From the IMG/VR virus record IMGVR_UViG_3300032030_000040, positions 1 through 64,000 of that record: a stretch of DNA of 64,000 nt; one strand, written 5' to 3'. The notes under the pieces were generated by a model. It made no database searches, was not told the origin of the DNA, and saw only the letters and a program-made list of their open reading frames with translations. Made by a program: the position numbers and the translations under genes. Positions 18,393 through 29,566 of this stretch are shown piece by piece (positions within the stretch are counted from its first letter, which is position 1; each line of letters begins with the position of its first letter). This stretch comes from a virus (taxonomy: Duplodnaviria > Caudoviricetes).

Positions 18393-21300
18393 AGGAAGAG
18401 CTATACATCTATACGCCTGACGGGTCGAGGGAACTTCTTGACCTTCCAGTGCCGAGTGGCATAACGCTGAAATGGGTAAACAACCTGTTCAGCGATATTA
18501 GCAAGCTGACGTGTTCGCACAGCTACACGTTCAAGCTGCCGTTCACCCAGAGGAATATCCGTTTGCTGGATTTGGCCAACGATATCCGTCATCACTCGAA
18601 GATGATACGCAAGCGTGTGGATGCGGACTTCTACATCAATGGCGTGTGCCTTTGTCCCAATGCCAACCTGTACGTCTCAGAGGTCGGCGACAAGACTTTC
18701 AGCTGTGTGCTGACTTGGAGGGTACTCAAGGCCTTCGAGACTTTGAAGAGTTCAGGCATAACCCTCAACCAGCTCCCGTCACTCGGGCGTTTTATCTGGA
18801 GAGACGATGATGACGAGTTCCAGTACGGGGGCCTTTCAAACAAGCTGGGTAACATGGACGATATCCTGTACCCAGACTATGATGCTGGCATCCCCCATGA
18901 GACGGGAACACCGCCGAAGCCCGTGGTACCCGTGTACCGTCTGATACAGATGATAAATGAGAAGTTTGGCGTGAAGTTCGAGATAGGCAGGCAGATATCA
19001 CGGGGCATGGGACTGCTGCCGCTGGCCAACTTCAATAACAAGGACTACTATGGCCGTGCCGTATATGATGACTACGTGACCTATGGTGTCGTGCCTATCA
19101 CGGGAACGAAGCCGTTCCTCTCTGAGAGGTACGTGGCCAAGGAAATCAACCTCATAAACCTTTCCTATGCGATACAGGACGGCTCTTTCCAGCAGGAAGG
19201 TAGCTTCCGAAAGTTCACCAGCAGGGAGGATGACAAGAAATACTGGAGGGAATACGAGAACTGGCGCGACATCAATGTGAGCAAGCGCCACTATTGGGGA
19301 GGAATCGCCACCTTGAACGGAAACAGGAACGATACCGTTGTCGTGCCTTACTGGAATGAGTTCATCGGCTCTGACCGTCTGAGGACGTCAAGCAGGGAAA
19401 CGGCCTGCTCGGAGATAAAGGTGCAAGAGCTGAATATGTGGAAGTCGTGGTCTCAGGGCGGCTATTACTCTGGACGCTATGACGGCAAGGACGTGTGCTA
19501 TGCCAAGCGTACCGTCGAGGGGTATATGCTGACAGGAGGCAACAAGTACCCTAACGATCTGGTCACGCTGAAGCTGGAGGCTCAGTGTGAGATACGTGGT
19601 ACCGCCACCGTAGTCGTTAAGAAGTCCGCTGTTCAGGAAGGCCGTGTGCCTGACCGTGAGTACTGGTGGATATACCTTGTTGAAGCGACGAAGGATGAGA
19701 ACGATGAAGTGTCTCTCGATACCAAGTCAGACGATGGTGACGACTGGATAGGCCTGCGTTCCATCAGCAGGGAAGAGACGGCAACGGAATACATCTATCA
19801 TTTCGACTTTGGCGTAGAGTACGAAGCCAGACGCCTGAATGTGGAAGCCATCGAGGAAGGTTCCCTTGGCTACCTGTTCTGGTCCGGCTATGAGTACACC
19901 CCACCCGAGGACACCACCAGAGACCTGCAGACCATCTACGACGATGAGGGCAATGAACTGCCTGATACCCTCGTTGCAGGCTATGACAACGTAAACTGGC
20001 CGGAAGTGGACTTCACGGATAGGTTCAATGCCGATGACGTCCGTTTCGGGTTCCTGAAGATTGCCAGCATTACCCCGTCTCTGGAGGCCATCACGAAGAT
20101 TCCAGTCGAAATGAACATCACCGAGAATCTTCCGCCAATCAACTGCTTCGACTTCATCAAGGACGTGTTCTACATGAACGGAGCCCTTCCCCGTGTCGAG
20201 AAGGACGGTAAGACCATCGTGGCCATGTACTACAACCAGCTCCGTGACAGGATGCTGTCTGGCGACTGCCTTGACTGGTCTGACAAGCTGCTGAGCGGAA
20301 AGACTCAGGCAGACCTATCGAAATACGAGAATACTAACTTCGGCCAGAAGAATTACTTTGAAATGGCCTACAGCCGACGCAGCAAGACCGAAGAGGAAAA
20401 GCGTGACGAGCTGGAGCTGTACGGAGAGGGCTACGGGACGGTAGGCATAGAGGACTCCCTGCTTGCAGAGGGAAAGTCCCTCTATCAGTCGAAGTTCTTC
20501 CCTGGCTTGCGTCAGGATATCGCCTATCCGAATGTCGTTACAGGCAGGACCATCAAGACGTGGGACGGTGAGAAGCACGTCGTGACGACCACCAACCCGT
20601 TATATGGCATCATGAACTACAGAGCCCTTGACCCGACATTTGAGGAAACGAAGGATATCAGCAAGCGCCCGATGTTGAAGAGCAAGGGGGTGGACTTCAA
20701 GCATATCCGCATGAACGCCTTCGAGCCGTTTGAGAACATCGACAGGCTCTTCGGCTACCTCGGTTCCATACTGGAGAACTACACTTGCGTCAAGGAGAAG
20801 ATGATGCTGACCGAGTTTGACCTTAGAGACTTCAATGAGTCCGTGCCTGTGTATCTGCACAAGTACAATGCTTTCTTCGCCGTGAGCAGCATCCAGAGAG
20901 ACAAGGCTGGCGTGTGTACGGTGGAGCTGGTGGCTCTTCCCTATGTCAAGCCGACATACGAACAGGGCGAGAGCACGGACGTAGAGACGGTGAGCTTTGA
21001 GCACGCCCTGAAAAGCGGCTTCCTGTCGTTCACCCTCAACTTGAAGAGGACATACACATCGAATCCGTGTCCGCTGGTCTTTGACCTGTACGTGAACAAT
21101 CAGAATGAGGGATGGAGTACCAGCGGAAACACCCTCAGCGAACCGTACTTCTATACGGACAATGCAGGCCATCAGGACGGCAGGTGTTACCTGTCTCAGT
21201 GGGTAAGCCCGTACAACGATTCATGGGACGGGAACCCCTATACGCTGAAACTCTATGTCGCTGAGAAGGTGCGCTACACCATCAAGAAGATTGTGGGCTT

Positions 21301-23713
21301 CGATACTGAGTACGAAGAGACGCTGGAGGCAGGGCTGAAGGTCTATTATGATGACGTTCTGCTGGCACCAGGCGAGCATACGAAGACCTTCACTCAGGCA
21401 GAGGACGGCCAGTACCATGTAATCAAGTTCGCCTTTGACATCTATAACAGGGAAGGTGAGCTGATTCATGAATACCGAAAGAAGCTCTACTACTTCGTCT
21501 ATACCGTGGATAAGTCCGTCATCAATGACGACTGGGGCGAAGAGCATCAGGGCGAGACCATTGTCAAGGTGAATGATGTCACCGTCTCTGGCCCTGCTGT
21601 CATATCCAACAAGACCGCCCAGGCATATGCTCTGGCCTATACGCCGTCCTATGCCAACGTGACGGCTGCAAGCGTGGAGGTCACGGCAGACAAGGATAGC
21701 GTCACCGTAAGCGACGTGAGCACATCAGGATTCAAGCTGACTGCAAACACCATGTCGCCGACGGAAGAGACGGTCACGCTGACCATCAGGACTACACTGA
21801 CAGACAACTCATCCTTTGAGGTCACCCATAGCGTGAAGCTGCAGGGATTGTATCTGGCCATCGACGGTGCGGCAGGCTACGAGGCTCCGAACGGAACGGG
21901 TACGCAGAAATACACAATCAAGACACAGCCGACTCCAAAGGCGCTGACCGTGAAGAGTGTCACTTCATCGAACAAGGCCGTAGTGGTCAGTGACGTCACG
22001 AACTCCGGCTTCACGCTGGGAGTGACGAATATCTCCAGCGACCAGGAAACCGTAGTCACGGTGGTTGCCGAATGTGATAGTGAAGAGCTGACAGCGACAA
22101 AGGAGGTCGTTTTCTCCTACAAGAACTCATGGAATCCCGATATCCTTGACACCGAGGGCGTGATGATTGTCGATATCAACGGAATGTTCTGGACGAAGAA
22201 GGAGTGGAAGAACTCCGGCGTATTCAATGAGGATGCGGACGGAATAGCCTTGTCTGACGGCACACATCGCTTCATGATGTCGAAGAAAACCGTGGAGGTT
22301 GTTATAGGCGGATATCGAGAGACGGGGATGACACCAACCGAGACGGGCTTCATCATCAACAGCGAGGGAACACTTGTCAGTGGCCAGTTCACCACAACCG
22401 ACAAGACACAGGCTCTTACCGACTTCAACGGGAAGGCGAATACCGATGCCATCATAGCACAGATTAGCGACTCTACCGTAGGACAGGTGAAGTCCGGCTA
22501 TTTCCCAAGCGGTGTGGGCAGCTACCTTGCTACTGTAGGACAGCTGAACATGATAAAGAACAAGCTGAGCCTTGTCAATGACCTTCTGACCACCATAGGC
22601 GGTGAGAGGTTTGACACGTCAAACGGAGGTGGAGAGACGAGTTCCACACAGTATAACGACAAACAGGAGTGGCGAATGACGCACAACGCCTACGGTGAGC
22701 TGCTGCTGAATACAGCAACAAAGAACGAGAAAAGGCGTGTTCATCCCGTCGCTGACGTGAGACAGGTGGAGAGGATAAACTTTGCCAGTCTGTCCGCAAA
22801 CGGTGATGACGGCGTGACTGGTACCGTCGGCCAGAGCAAGACCGTCCAGTACACCTTCGCTACCGATCCAGCAGGAGCTACCATTACGGATATCAGTGTT
22901 GTCTCTGGAAGCTCTGTCGTTACGATAAGCGACGTGACTGCTGCAGGGTTCAAGGCTACGGCCACCATCAGGAACAATGACAAGGTGAAGATTACCATCC
23001 GTGCAAGGGTGAATGGTCTGATGAAGCAGATAGAGAGATACCTGCTGATAGTGGCCGAGGGTAACGTCCCCATCGACACTACGAGGCTTGACCAGAACCA
23101 GTCGCTCATTGTCGATACCGACCTGAACTTCTACACCGTAGAAGAGTGGAAGGCGAGCGGCAAGAGCAATGACGTAGCAGAAGGAGTGGCTTTCTCAGAT
23201 GGCACTCATCGTTTCATCATTGCCAAGAAAGGCGTTAAGTATTCCGGCGGAATGTGGATGAGCCTTGCCTTCGGCGGTTCTGGTGTGAAGATAGCAGGTC
23301 TGGAATACGGCAAGAGCTGGGACGGCTTGGGGAACACTCAGAAGATTATTGCCTCTGTCACGGAGTCAGACGGATATTACAAGACGGAGCCGTACAGTGC
23401 TGCCGCCTTTGTTGCTGACTTTGACGCTTTCCCGTCGGGGAAGAAGGGCTATCTGCCTGCAGCAATGCAATTCGAGGCGATATCCAAGGAAGCCACCTTG
23501 AAGAAGGTCAACAAGCTTGTCGAGGCCATCGGTGGCGACCCACTGATTACACAAGGGCTATCATCCTACTGGACTTCCGACATCATGGAGGATGACAACT
23601 ATCCGAACAAGTACGCCTACATCTGGTGCCAGATTTACAGTTATGGCTATATCACCTATACACAGCGTTCAAACAAGAACGTTGCCCGTATATTCAGAGA
23701 ACTCGAAAAATAA
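18389..23713 (+). CDS. large tail/baseplate protein with Ig-like repeats and two C-terminal lectin-like repeats
   Basis: 1774 aa; three V-x-V-SDV-x-x-xGF units; duplicated IVD...EWK.SG..N..A.G.A.SDGTHRF domain; adjacent to the tape measure. Confidence 0.75.
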   Translation: MKEELYIYTPDGSRELLDLPVPSGITLKWVNNLFSDISKLTCSHSYTFKLPFTQRNIRLLDLANDIRHHSKMIRKRVDADFYINGVCLCPNANLYVSEVGDKTFSCVLTWRVLKAFETLKSSGITLNQLPSLGRFIWRDDDDEFQYGGLSNKLGNMDDILYPDYDAGIPHETGTPPKPVVPVYRLIQMINEKFGVKFEIGRQISRGMGLLPLANFNNKDYYGRAVYDDYVTYGVVPITGTKPFLSERYVAKEINLINLSYAIQDGSFQQEGSFRKFTSREDDKKYWREYENWRDINVSKRHYWGGIATLNGNRNDTVVVPYWNEFIGSDRLRTSSRETACSEIKVQELNMWKSWSQGGYYSGRYDGKDVCYAKRTVEGYMLTGGNKYPNDLVTLKLEAQCEIRGTATVVVKKSAVQEGRVPDREYWWIYLVEATKDENDEVSLDTKSDDGDDWIGLRSISREETATEYIYHFDFGVEYEARRLNVEAIEEGSLGYLFWSGYEYTPPEDTTRDLQTIYDDEGNELPDTLVAGYDNVNWPEVDFTDRFNADDVRFGFLKIASITPSLEAITKIPVEMNITENLPPINCFDFIKDVFYMNGALPRVEKDGKTIVAMYYNQLRDRMLSGDCLDWSDKLLSGKTQADLSKYENTNFGQKNYFEMAYSRRSKTEEEKRDELELYGEGYGTVGIEDSLLAEGKSLYQSKFFPGLRQDIAYPNVVTGRTIKTWDGEKHVVTTTNPLYGIMNYRALDPTFEETKDISKRPMLKSKGVDFKHIRMNAFEPFENIDRLFGYLGSILENYTCVKEKMMLTEFDLRDFNESVPVYLHKYNAFFAVSSIQRDKAGVCTVELVALPYVKPTYEQGESTDVETVSFEHALKSGFLSFTLNLKRTYTSNPCPLVFDLYVNNQNEGWSTSGNTLSEPYFYTDNAGHQDGRCYLSQWVSPYNDSWDGNPYTLKLYVAEKVRYTIKKIVGFDTEYEETLEAGLKVYYDDVLLAPGEHTKTFTQAEDGQYHVIKFAFDIYNREGELIHEYRKKLYYFVYTVDKSVINDDWGEEHQGETIVKVNDVTVSGPAVISNKTAQAYALAYTPSYANVTAASVEVTADKDSVTVSDVSTSGFKLTANTMSPTEETVTLTIRTTLTDNSSFEVTHSVKLQGLYLAIDGAAGYEAPNGTGTQKYTIKTQPTPKALTVKSVTSSNKAVVVSDVTNSGFTLGVTNISSDQETVVTVVAECDSEELTATKEVVFSYKNSWNPDILDTEGVMIVDINGMFWTKKEWKNSGVFNEDADGIALSDGTHRFMMSKKTVEVVIGGYRETGMTPTETGFIINSEGTLVSGQFTTTDKTQALTDFNGKANTDAIIAQISDSTVGQVKSGYFPSGVGSYLATVGQLNMIKNKLSLVNDLLTTIGGERFDTSNGGGETSSTQYNDKQEWRMTHNAYGELLLNTATKNEKRRVHPVADVRQVERINFASLSANGDDGVTGTVGQSKTVQYTFATDPAGATITDISVVSGSSVVTISDVTAAGFKATATIRNNDKVKITIRARVNGLMKQIERYLLIVAEGNVPIDTTRLDQNQSLIVDTDLNFYTVEEWKASGKSNDVAEGVAFSDGTHRFIIAKKGVKYSGGMWMSLAFGGSGVKIAGLEYGKSWDGLGNTQKIIASVTESDGYYKTEPYSAAAFVADFDAFPSGKKGYLPAAMQFEAISKEATLKKVNKLVEAIGGDPLITQGLSSYWTSDIMEDDNYPNKYAYIWCQIYSYGYITYTQRSNKNVARIFRELEK

Positions 23714-23721
23714 CATAGGAC

Positions 23722-26700
23722 ATGGCAGACGAAAGAGTAAAAATCATAGACATTCAGGTAAGGTACCAAGATGCTGTCGAGGGCCTTGCCAAGTTCCGTT
23801 CCTCACTGGCTGAAGCCCGTAAGTACCAGGCCGACTTGAAGAAGGAGTTGAAGGCTGGTACCATCACTCAGGAACAGTATGAGAGCAGCATGGCCGCAAG
23901 CAATGTGTATATCCATCAGCAGAGCGAGCAGATGCGCACACTGTCTAAGCAGGTAAACAACCAGATAAAGGCTACCCGTGAGCAGGAGGGGAGCCTGAAA
24001 CAGCTCAGGGCAGAGCTATCCAACGCCACTCAGAAATGGGATGCCATGAGCCGTGCAGAGCGTGAATCCGCAAAAGGTCATGAGCTGAAAGACCATATCA
24101 ACCAGATAACGTCTGAGCTGAAAGGTGCAGAGGAAGAGACACAGCGTTTCTACCGTAACGTGGGTAACTACAAGAGTGCCACAGAAGGTCTTGAGACCAT
24201 CCGCATGAAGGTGGCCGATATCGGCAAGCAGATGTTGTTGGCTCTGGGAGGCGGAAGCCTGCTGGCTTTCTCCAAGGACGTGTTGCAGGTCACAAGGGAC
24301 TTTCAGGACGGTATGGCCAGAGTCCGTGCTGTCACCAATGCGTCTGCAGAGGATATGAAGATGATGACCGACGAGGCCCGAAAGATGGGACGTGAGACCA
24401 TCTATCATGCCACAGATGCGGCAAAGGCCATGGAGAACCTTGCCCGTGGCGGCTTCGATGCAACAGAGGCGACAACGGCACTGTCACGAACCCTGCAGCT
24501 GGCTCAGGCAAACACGATCAGCCTTGATGAAGCCAGTGACCTTATGATTCGCACCATGCGAGGCTTTGCCCTTCCAATTAGTGAGGAAGAAATGGTACAC
24601 GCCAATGACGTGCTATCCAAGACCGCCGCCAGTTCTGCCACAAACGTCATAGAGCTGGGAGAGGCCCTGAAGAACGCCGCACCATTCGGCCATGCGCTTA
24701 ACCAGAGCGTCGAGGAAGTCAATGCCGCCCTTGGTGTGCTGGCAGACGTCGGTGTGCGTGGTGCCGATGCAGGTACCGCCCTTCGTATGGTCATCCTTGG
24801 CCTGTCATCACCAACAGCCAAGCAGCAGAAGGTTTTCAAGGAGTTCGGTATTGAGATAAACCAGCAGTCCTTAGAGACGGAGGGCCTGACAAAGACCCTG
24901 CAGAGATTAAAGGACAGTGGAATCATGGAGGCTTCCAATTCCGCAGAGCTGCTGGCCAACGTTTTCGGACGTCGCTGTACTCCGCAGGTCATGGCACTCG
25001 TCGGCAACATTGACAGACTGGGTGAGAAGCTGGGGACGCTGAATGAGGCTCAGGGAACGACGGAACGTATGTTCGAGCAGTCCTACAGTAACGTGTCTCA
25101 GTCCATCTTCTCCCTGTCATCCGCATGGGAGTCATTCAAGATATCCTTGGGTGAGAGCAACAGCGAAGCACTTGTCTCTCCTATTCAGGGACTCACAGAG
25201 GGTGTGCGCTGGCTGGAAGAGCATTTGCCAGAGGTCGGCCACTTGCTCATTACACTCCTTGCATCCATCAGCTTTGCAAGGCTGGTCAAGGAGGCTCAGG
25301 CTTCCTTTGTGACCATCCGCAACTCAGCAGTAAGCAACGCAGAGGCAGCATCCACTACCGTCCGTAACCTCCAGAATCAGGAGATTACCCTACGCAAGAC
25401 CGTAGCAGCCCAAGAGGTTGCTCTGGAAAGCGCATCAGGCACGGAGCGTACCATGCTGGAGGCGAAGGTACTGGCCAACAAACGCCAGTTGGCAGAGACA
25501 GAGAAGGCTCTTGTGAAGGCTAAGCTGACAGAGATACAGACATGGGAAACGGCAGCAGCCGTGAACTCTGGTAATGCCTGGAAGTCCGCAATGGCCGCAG
25601 CGAGTGTCGCCGTAAGCGGTTTCGTCACAGCAGCCAAGGTAGCCTTGAAGAGCTTCATCTTCACGGCTGTCATCATGCTTGCCTTTGAAGCACTGCAGAA
25701 ACTATTCTCTCTCATGGGTGACGGCAACAGCTGGTTCGGTAAGCTGACATCAGCCGTGACGGACTTCATCAAGCAGGGATTGAACTGGCTCATCAAACAG
25801 CTAAAGGCCATTTCCGACTGGTTCTCCGAGTTCATGGAGAACAGCCGACTGATGCAGGCCGCACTTGTCATCATCAAGACCGATATCGCTGTCATCGGTG
25901 CCGTGTTCAAGACCGTGTGGACTATCTTCAAGACAGGCCTGAAACAGATATGGGAGGGCTTCAAACTCCTTGCTGGAATTATCGGCAGCGTAGGCACAGC
26001 CCTTGAAGGACTGCTGACATTAAACTGGACTCAGATGAAAAGAGGCTTGCAGGGTGTGGCCAATTCCGTTACGAACTTCCTGAAGGGAACAGTCCAGAAC
26101 GCCAAGGATGCAGGAACGGAGATTGCCGACAATGTGGTGAGTGCCTATAACTCTACCGTCGATGCCATTGACAAGGCTGGAAAGAGCAAGGCATTTGGAG
26201 GCGGTGGCTCATCTGTACCCGCCCCAGCATCGAAGCCTACAGGCACCCCGTCGGGAAAGACCCCAGACAAGGCCGTTGCGGAAGAGTCAGAGAAGGAAAG
26301 TGACAAGCCCAAGACCAAGTACGCTGAGGACGCCAAGAAGGCCAAGCAGGACTGGGATGAAGCCAAGGCTGAGTACCAGCGTATCATCAAGGACCAGAAC
26401 GCCACCACTGAGGAAGTCCTTGCAGCACGTAAGGCCATGCAGGAGGCTCAGAAAGCCTATGAGGACTTGACGGGTACCAAGCAGGGCAAGGGTGGAAAGT
26501 CCGGCAGACAAGACAACACAGCCAAGAAGCAGGCAGAGCTTGAACGGAAGGCTTTCGAGGAAGCAGAGAAGGCCATGCTTGACCTGATGAAAGATACAGC
26601 AGCCAAGCGTCGTGCTCAGCTGGAGAAGCAATATAACGATGAGATACGCAAGCTCACCGTTCGCCTGAATACCGAGAAGAACCTGACGGAAGCAGCAAAG

Positions 26701-28038
26701 GAAGCCATTCGCAGGACTATTCTCTTGAAGGAGCAGAAGAAGAACGAGGAACTGCAGAAGCTCGATGAGAAGGAGCTGGAGCGTCAGATACAGGAGCAGC
26801 AGAAGCTCACGGAGTCCCGTCTGTCTGTTGTTCAGAAGGGAAGCTGGCAGGAACTCCAGTTGAAGAAAGACCAGCTCAACGAGCAGCTACGCCTGAATCA
26901 GATCGCTCTCCAGAGAGAGAAGGAGGACAGGATGGCTGATGCCGAAGAGAAGGTACGCCAGGCAGAGGAACAGTACGGTGTCGAGTCCACTATGGCCTAT
27001 GAAGCCGCTCAGGAGAAACTTGCCGTCGAGCAGGAGTTTGCGGAGCGTATGGCCAACATCAGGGAGAAGGCCCGTCAGGATGACCTTGCTCTTGATGACC
27101 AGTACCGCCAACAGCTCATCCAGCAGCGTGAGCTGGCTTTCCAGAACGAGGCCACGCAGTTCGAGATATGGAGTGAAGAGTGGAAGCTGGCAGACATGGC
27201 AGACAAGGATGAGTACATCGAGCGTGAGCTTGGCTTCCAGCAGTTGAACCTTGACGTAGTTCAGGACGGAGAGCTGGCCGTTCTTGCTGTCCGTCAGCAG
27301 GCCGCACAGGAGAAATACGAGGCCGTTGTGAGGGCTGGCCAGATGGAGGGTGAGACGATGGAGCAGTACCGCCAGAGGGAACTTGCAGCAGAGAAGGCCA
27401 AGGTGGATGCCAAGCTGGCTTTCCAGAACGCAGAGATAAAGAACCGCAAGGCTTACTACCAGTCCATGCGTACCCTGTCAAACAGCCTTGTCTCTCTTAC
27501 TGCCGCCATCGGTGAGAGTGACGAGAACTTTGCCCGTCTGAGTAAGATTATCACTCTGGCACAGATTACCATTGATACGGGTCGTGCCATATCCGCAGGT
27601 GTGGCCAGCGCTTCGGCTCTTCCATACCCTGCCAACCTTGCTGCCATTGCCACGACGATTGCCACCGTCCTTGCGAACATCGCCACGGCTGTAAGTACCG
27701 TCAAGTCGGCAAACTTCGCTCAGGGCGGTAAGGTTACAGGACCAGGCACGGGAACCAGTGACAGCATACCAGCGAACCTGTCAAACGGCGAGTTCGTCAT
27801 GACTGCAAAGGCCACAAGGATATTCGAGCCCCTTCTTGCGGCCATGAATGATATCGGTGCTGGTGTGGTACCCATGCAGGCCACCAACGCATACCGTGAC
27901 TATAATATGCCTACCGATGAGCTGACCGAGAGCTTCAAGGAGGCTGCAGAGTCCATCCATCCCGTTGTCTCTGTCGTGGAGATTGCAGAGCGCCAGAGAG
28001 AGGTGGAGGTCGTAGAGACACTTGACAACATTGAATAA
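23722..28038 (+). CDS. tail tape measure protein (TP901-type core)
   Basis: GVLADVGVRGADAGTALR, long Ala-rich and coiled-coil regions, C-terminal FAQGGKVTGPGTGTSDSIPANLSNGEFV. Confidence 0.93.
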   Translation: MADERVKIIDIQVRYQDAVEGLAKFRSSLAEARKYQADLKKELKAGTITQEQYESSMAASNVYIHQQSEQMRTLSKQVNNQIKATREQEGSLKQLRAELSNATQKWDAMSRAERESAKGHELKDHINQITSELKGAEEETQRFYRNVGNYKSATEGLETIRMKVADIGKQMLLALGGGSLLAFSKDVLQVTRDFQDGMARVRAVTNASAEDMKMMTDEARKMGRETIYHATDAAKAMENLARGGFDATEATTALSRTLQLAQANTISLDEASDLMIRTMRGFALPISEEEMVHANDVLSKTAASSATNVIELGEALKNAAPFGHALNQSVEEVNAALGVLADVGVRGADAGTALRMVILGLSSPTAKQQKVFKEFGIEINQQSLETEGLTKTLQRLKDSGIMEASNSAELLANVFGRRCTPQVMALVGNIDRLGEKLGTLNEAQGTTERMFEQSYSNVSQSIFSLSSAWESFKISLGESNSEALVSPIQGLTEGVRWLEEHLPEVGHLLITLLASISFARLVKEAQASFVTIRNSAVSNAEAASTTVRNLQNQEITLRKTVAAQEVALESASGTERTMLEAKVLANKRQLAETEKALVKAKLTEIQTWETAAAVNSGNAWKSAMAAASVAVSGFVTAAKVALKSFIFTAVIMLAFEALQKLFSLMGDGNSWFGKLTSAVTDFIKQGLNWLIKQLKAISDWFSEFMENSRLMQAALVIIKTDIAVIGAVFKTVWTIFKTGLKQIWEGFKLLAGIIGSVGTALEGLLTLNWTQMKRGLQGVANSVTNFLKGTVQNAKDAGTEIADNVVSAYNSTVDAIDKAGKSKAFGGGGSSVPAPASKPTGTPSGKTPDKAVAEESEKESDKPKTKYAEDAKKAKQDWDEAKAEYQRIIKDQNATTEEVLAARKAMQEAQKAYEDLTGTKQGKGGKSGRQDNTAKKQAELERKAFEEAEKAMLDLMKDTAAKRRAQLEKQYNDEIRKLTVRLNTEKNLTEAAKEAIRRTILLKEQKKNEELQKLDEKELERQIQEQQKLTESRLSVVQKGSWQELQLKKDQLNEQLRLNQIALQREKEDRMADAEEKVRQAEEQYGVESTMAYEAAQEKLAVEQEFAERMANIREKARQDDLALDDQYRQQLIQQRELAFQNEATQFEIWSEEWKLADMADKDEYIERELGFQQLNLDVVQDGELAVLAVRQQAAQEKYEAVVRAGQMEGETMEQYRQRELAAEKAKVDAKLAFQNAEIKNRKAYYQSMRTLSNSLVSLTAAIGESDENFARLSKIITLAQITIDTGRAISAGVASASALPYPANLAAIATTIATVLANIATAVSTVKSANFAQGGKVTGPGTGTSDSIPANLSNGEFVMTAKATRIFEPLLAAMNDIGAGVVPMQATNAYRDYNMPTDELTESFKEAAESIHPVVSVVEIAERQREVEVVETLDNIE

Positions 28039-28059
28039 TAACATAATTCACGATTCTAA

Positions 28060-28293
28060 ATGACACGATTTGAACTACTGAAAGCAAACAAGACGTTGAT
28101 CGAGACGTTAGTAGAGAACTCTATTGATGTGAAGGACATCGAATACCTCAAGCTCGTAGAGGAATTTAAGGACCTGAAAGCCAAGCACCACAAGGTGGGC
28201 TATATCGTCTGTCACCTCAGCGAGAAGTACGGGAAGAGCGAGAGAGGTATCTACAAGATTATCGACAGGATGACAAAGCGTGTGAAGCTATGA
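28060..28293 (+). CDS. small HTH protein, Mor/C-activator-like
   Basis: C-terminal LSEKYGKSERGIYKII HTH. Confidence 0.55.
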   Translation: MTRFELLKANKTLIETLVENSIDVKDIEYLKLVEEFKDLKAKHHKVGYIVCHLSEKYGKSERGIYKIIDRMTKRVKL

Positions 28294-29042
28294 AGTACTT
28301 CAATACCATTGAGAAGAGCCAGTTGTTCTATGGCAACAACATTGAAGTGATGGATGACCTGCCAGCATACAGCATCGACCTGATAGTGACAGACCCACCC
28401 TATAACTTCACCAAGGCCAACTGTACGAAGATGTATAAGGAAACGTCCAAGAAGCTGATGTCGAAGTCCGGCCTGTATGACTATGATGACGAGACGGAAG
28501 AGTGTCGTATCAAGGCTGGCTTCGGCAGGGAGGATATCTACCGATGGCTGAACATGACACCAAGGCTGATGAAGAAGATGAACGCTTACATCTTCTGCTC
28601 AGAGGTTCAGGTTCCCATCTATGCCGAATGGGCAGAAGAGAACGCCTGCAAGTTTTCAATCCTGGTATGGGAGAAGCCGCTGACGATTATCAGCAAGAGC
28701 CGTTTTTCCCAGAACGCAGAGTTCATTGTCCGCATCTATGATGACGGAACGGCCCTCAATAAGCTGGAGGACTGTGAGCAGTACAACCGCATCCTTCATT
28801 TCCCCGTGGTCACTAAGAAGCTGACACCGACCCAGAAGCCCGTTGACCTCATGGCAAGGCTTATCAGCCTGTCATCACCAGTCGGGGGTGTGGTACTTGA
28901 CCCGTTCCTTGGTTCAGGAACGACAGCCGTAGCGGCTCAGAGGCTTGGGCGTAAGTACATCGGCATAGAAAAGAATCAGCGGTTCTACCGCATTGCAGAG
29001 AACCGCCTGAAAGAAGAGTGTGTGCAGATGGAGCTATTCTGA
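28290..29042 (+). CDS. orphan N6-A/N4-C DNA methyltransferase (beta class)
   Basis: IDLIVTDPPY, PTQKP, VLDPFLGSGTT, YIGIE. Confidence 0.9.
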   Translation: MKYFNTIEKSQLFYGNNIEVMDDLPAYSIDLIVTDPPYNFTKANCTKMYKETSKKLMSKSGLYDYDDETEECRIKAGFGREDIYRWLNMTPRLMKKMNAYIFCSEVQVPIYAEWAEENACKFSILVWEKPLTIISKSRFSQNAEFIVRIYDDGTALNKLEDCEQYNRILHFPVVTKKLTPTQKPVDLMARLISLSSPVGGVVLDPFLGSGTTAVAAQRLGRKYIGIEKNQRFYRIAENRLKEECVQMELF

Positions 29043-29492
29043 GACCTCCCACGTCTTGCAAGAGAAGATTCTTTCAAGTTCCTCACGCTTCTGTCTGGAA
29101 TAGTCTGTTTCCTGTCCCTTTGACGAAACGTATTCCTGACCGAGCATGAGGATATCGCCAGAGACGAAGCCGTAGGTTTGCATTAGGTGAAGGTCATCAT
29201 CCTTGGTGAAGTTGTGAGCAGCCATATACCAACCATGATAGTCGCCTCCTTTGCCGAATCCGTATAGGTGGAAGTCTGGGGAGTCCTTGAAGGACATGAG
29301 CTTGTTATACAGATTCTTGCAGCGTCTCAGTACTGCATCATCGGCAGTGTTGATGGTCTTGACTGCTGGGGCTTCAGTCTGAACAGGGGGAGCTTGCTCG
29401 ATAGACGAATGAGAGAAGAGAGCAGGTACGAGGGAAATGGCGACCCAGATGCCGACCACCCACAGAATGATTTTCTTTGTTTTCTTTGTCAT
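29034..29492 (-). CDS. membrane-anchored moron-like protein
   Basis: Only convincing minus-strand gene; ATG 29492, MTKKTKK-TM helix; own TACCTTTG at 29518-29525 (-). Confidence 0.7.
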   Translation of the reverse strand: MTKKTKKIILWVVGIWVAISLVPALFSHSSIEQAPPVQTEAPAVKTINTADDAVLRRCKNLYNKLMSFKDSPDFHLYGFGKGGDYHGWYMAAHNFTKDDDLHLMQTYGFVSGDILMLGQEYVSSKGQETDYSRQKREELERIFSCKTWEVSE

Positions 29493-29566
29493 AGCTGGAG
29501 AGTTTGAAATCTGGCCGCAAAGGTAGTAATTTTTTTCTGTTTTCAAGCAAACTTTCTCCCTATTTA

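Noticed and set aside
23560-23713. Second VR for the 56473 TR
   Set aside because: No nucleotide alignment with the TR could be made by eye.
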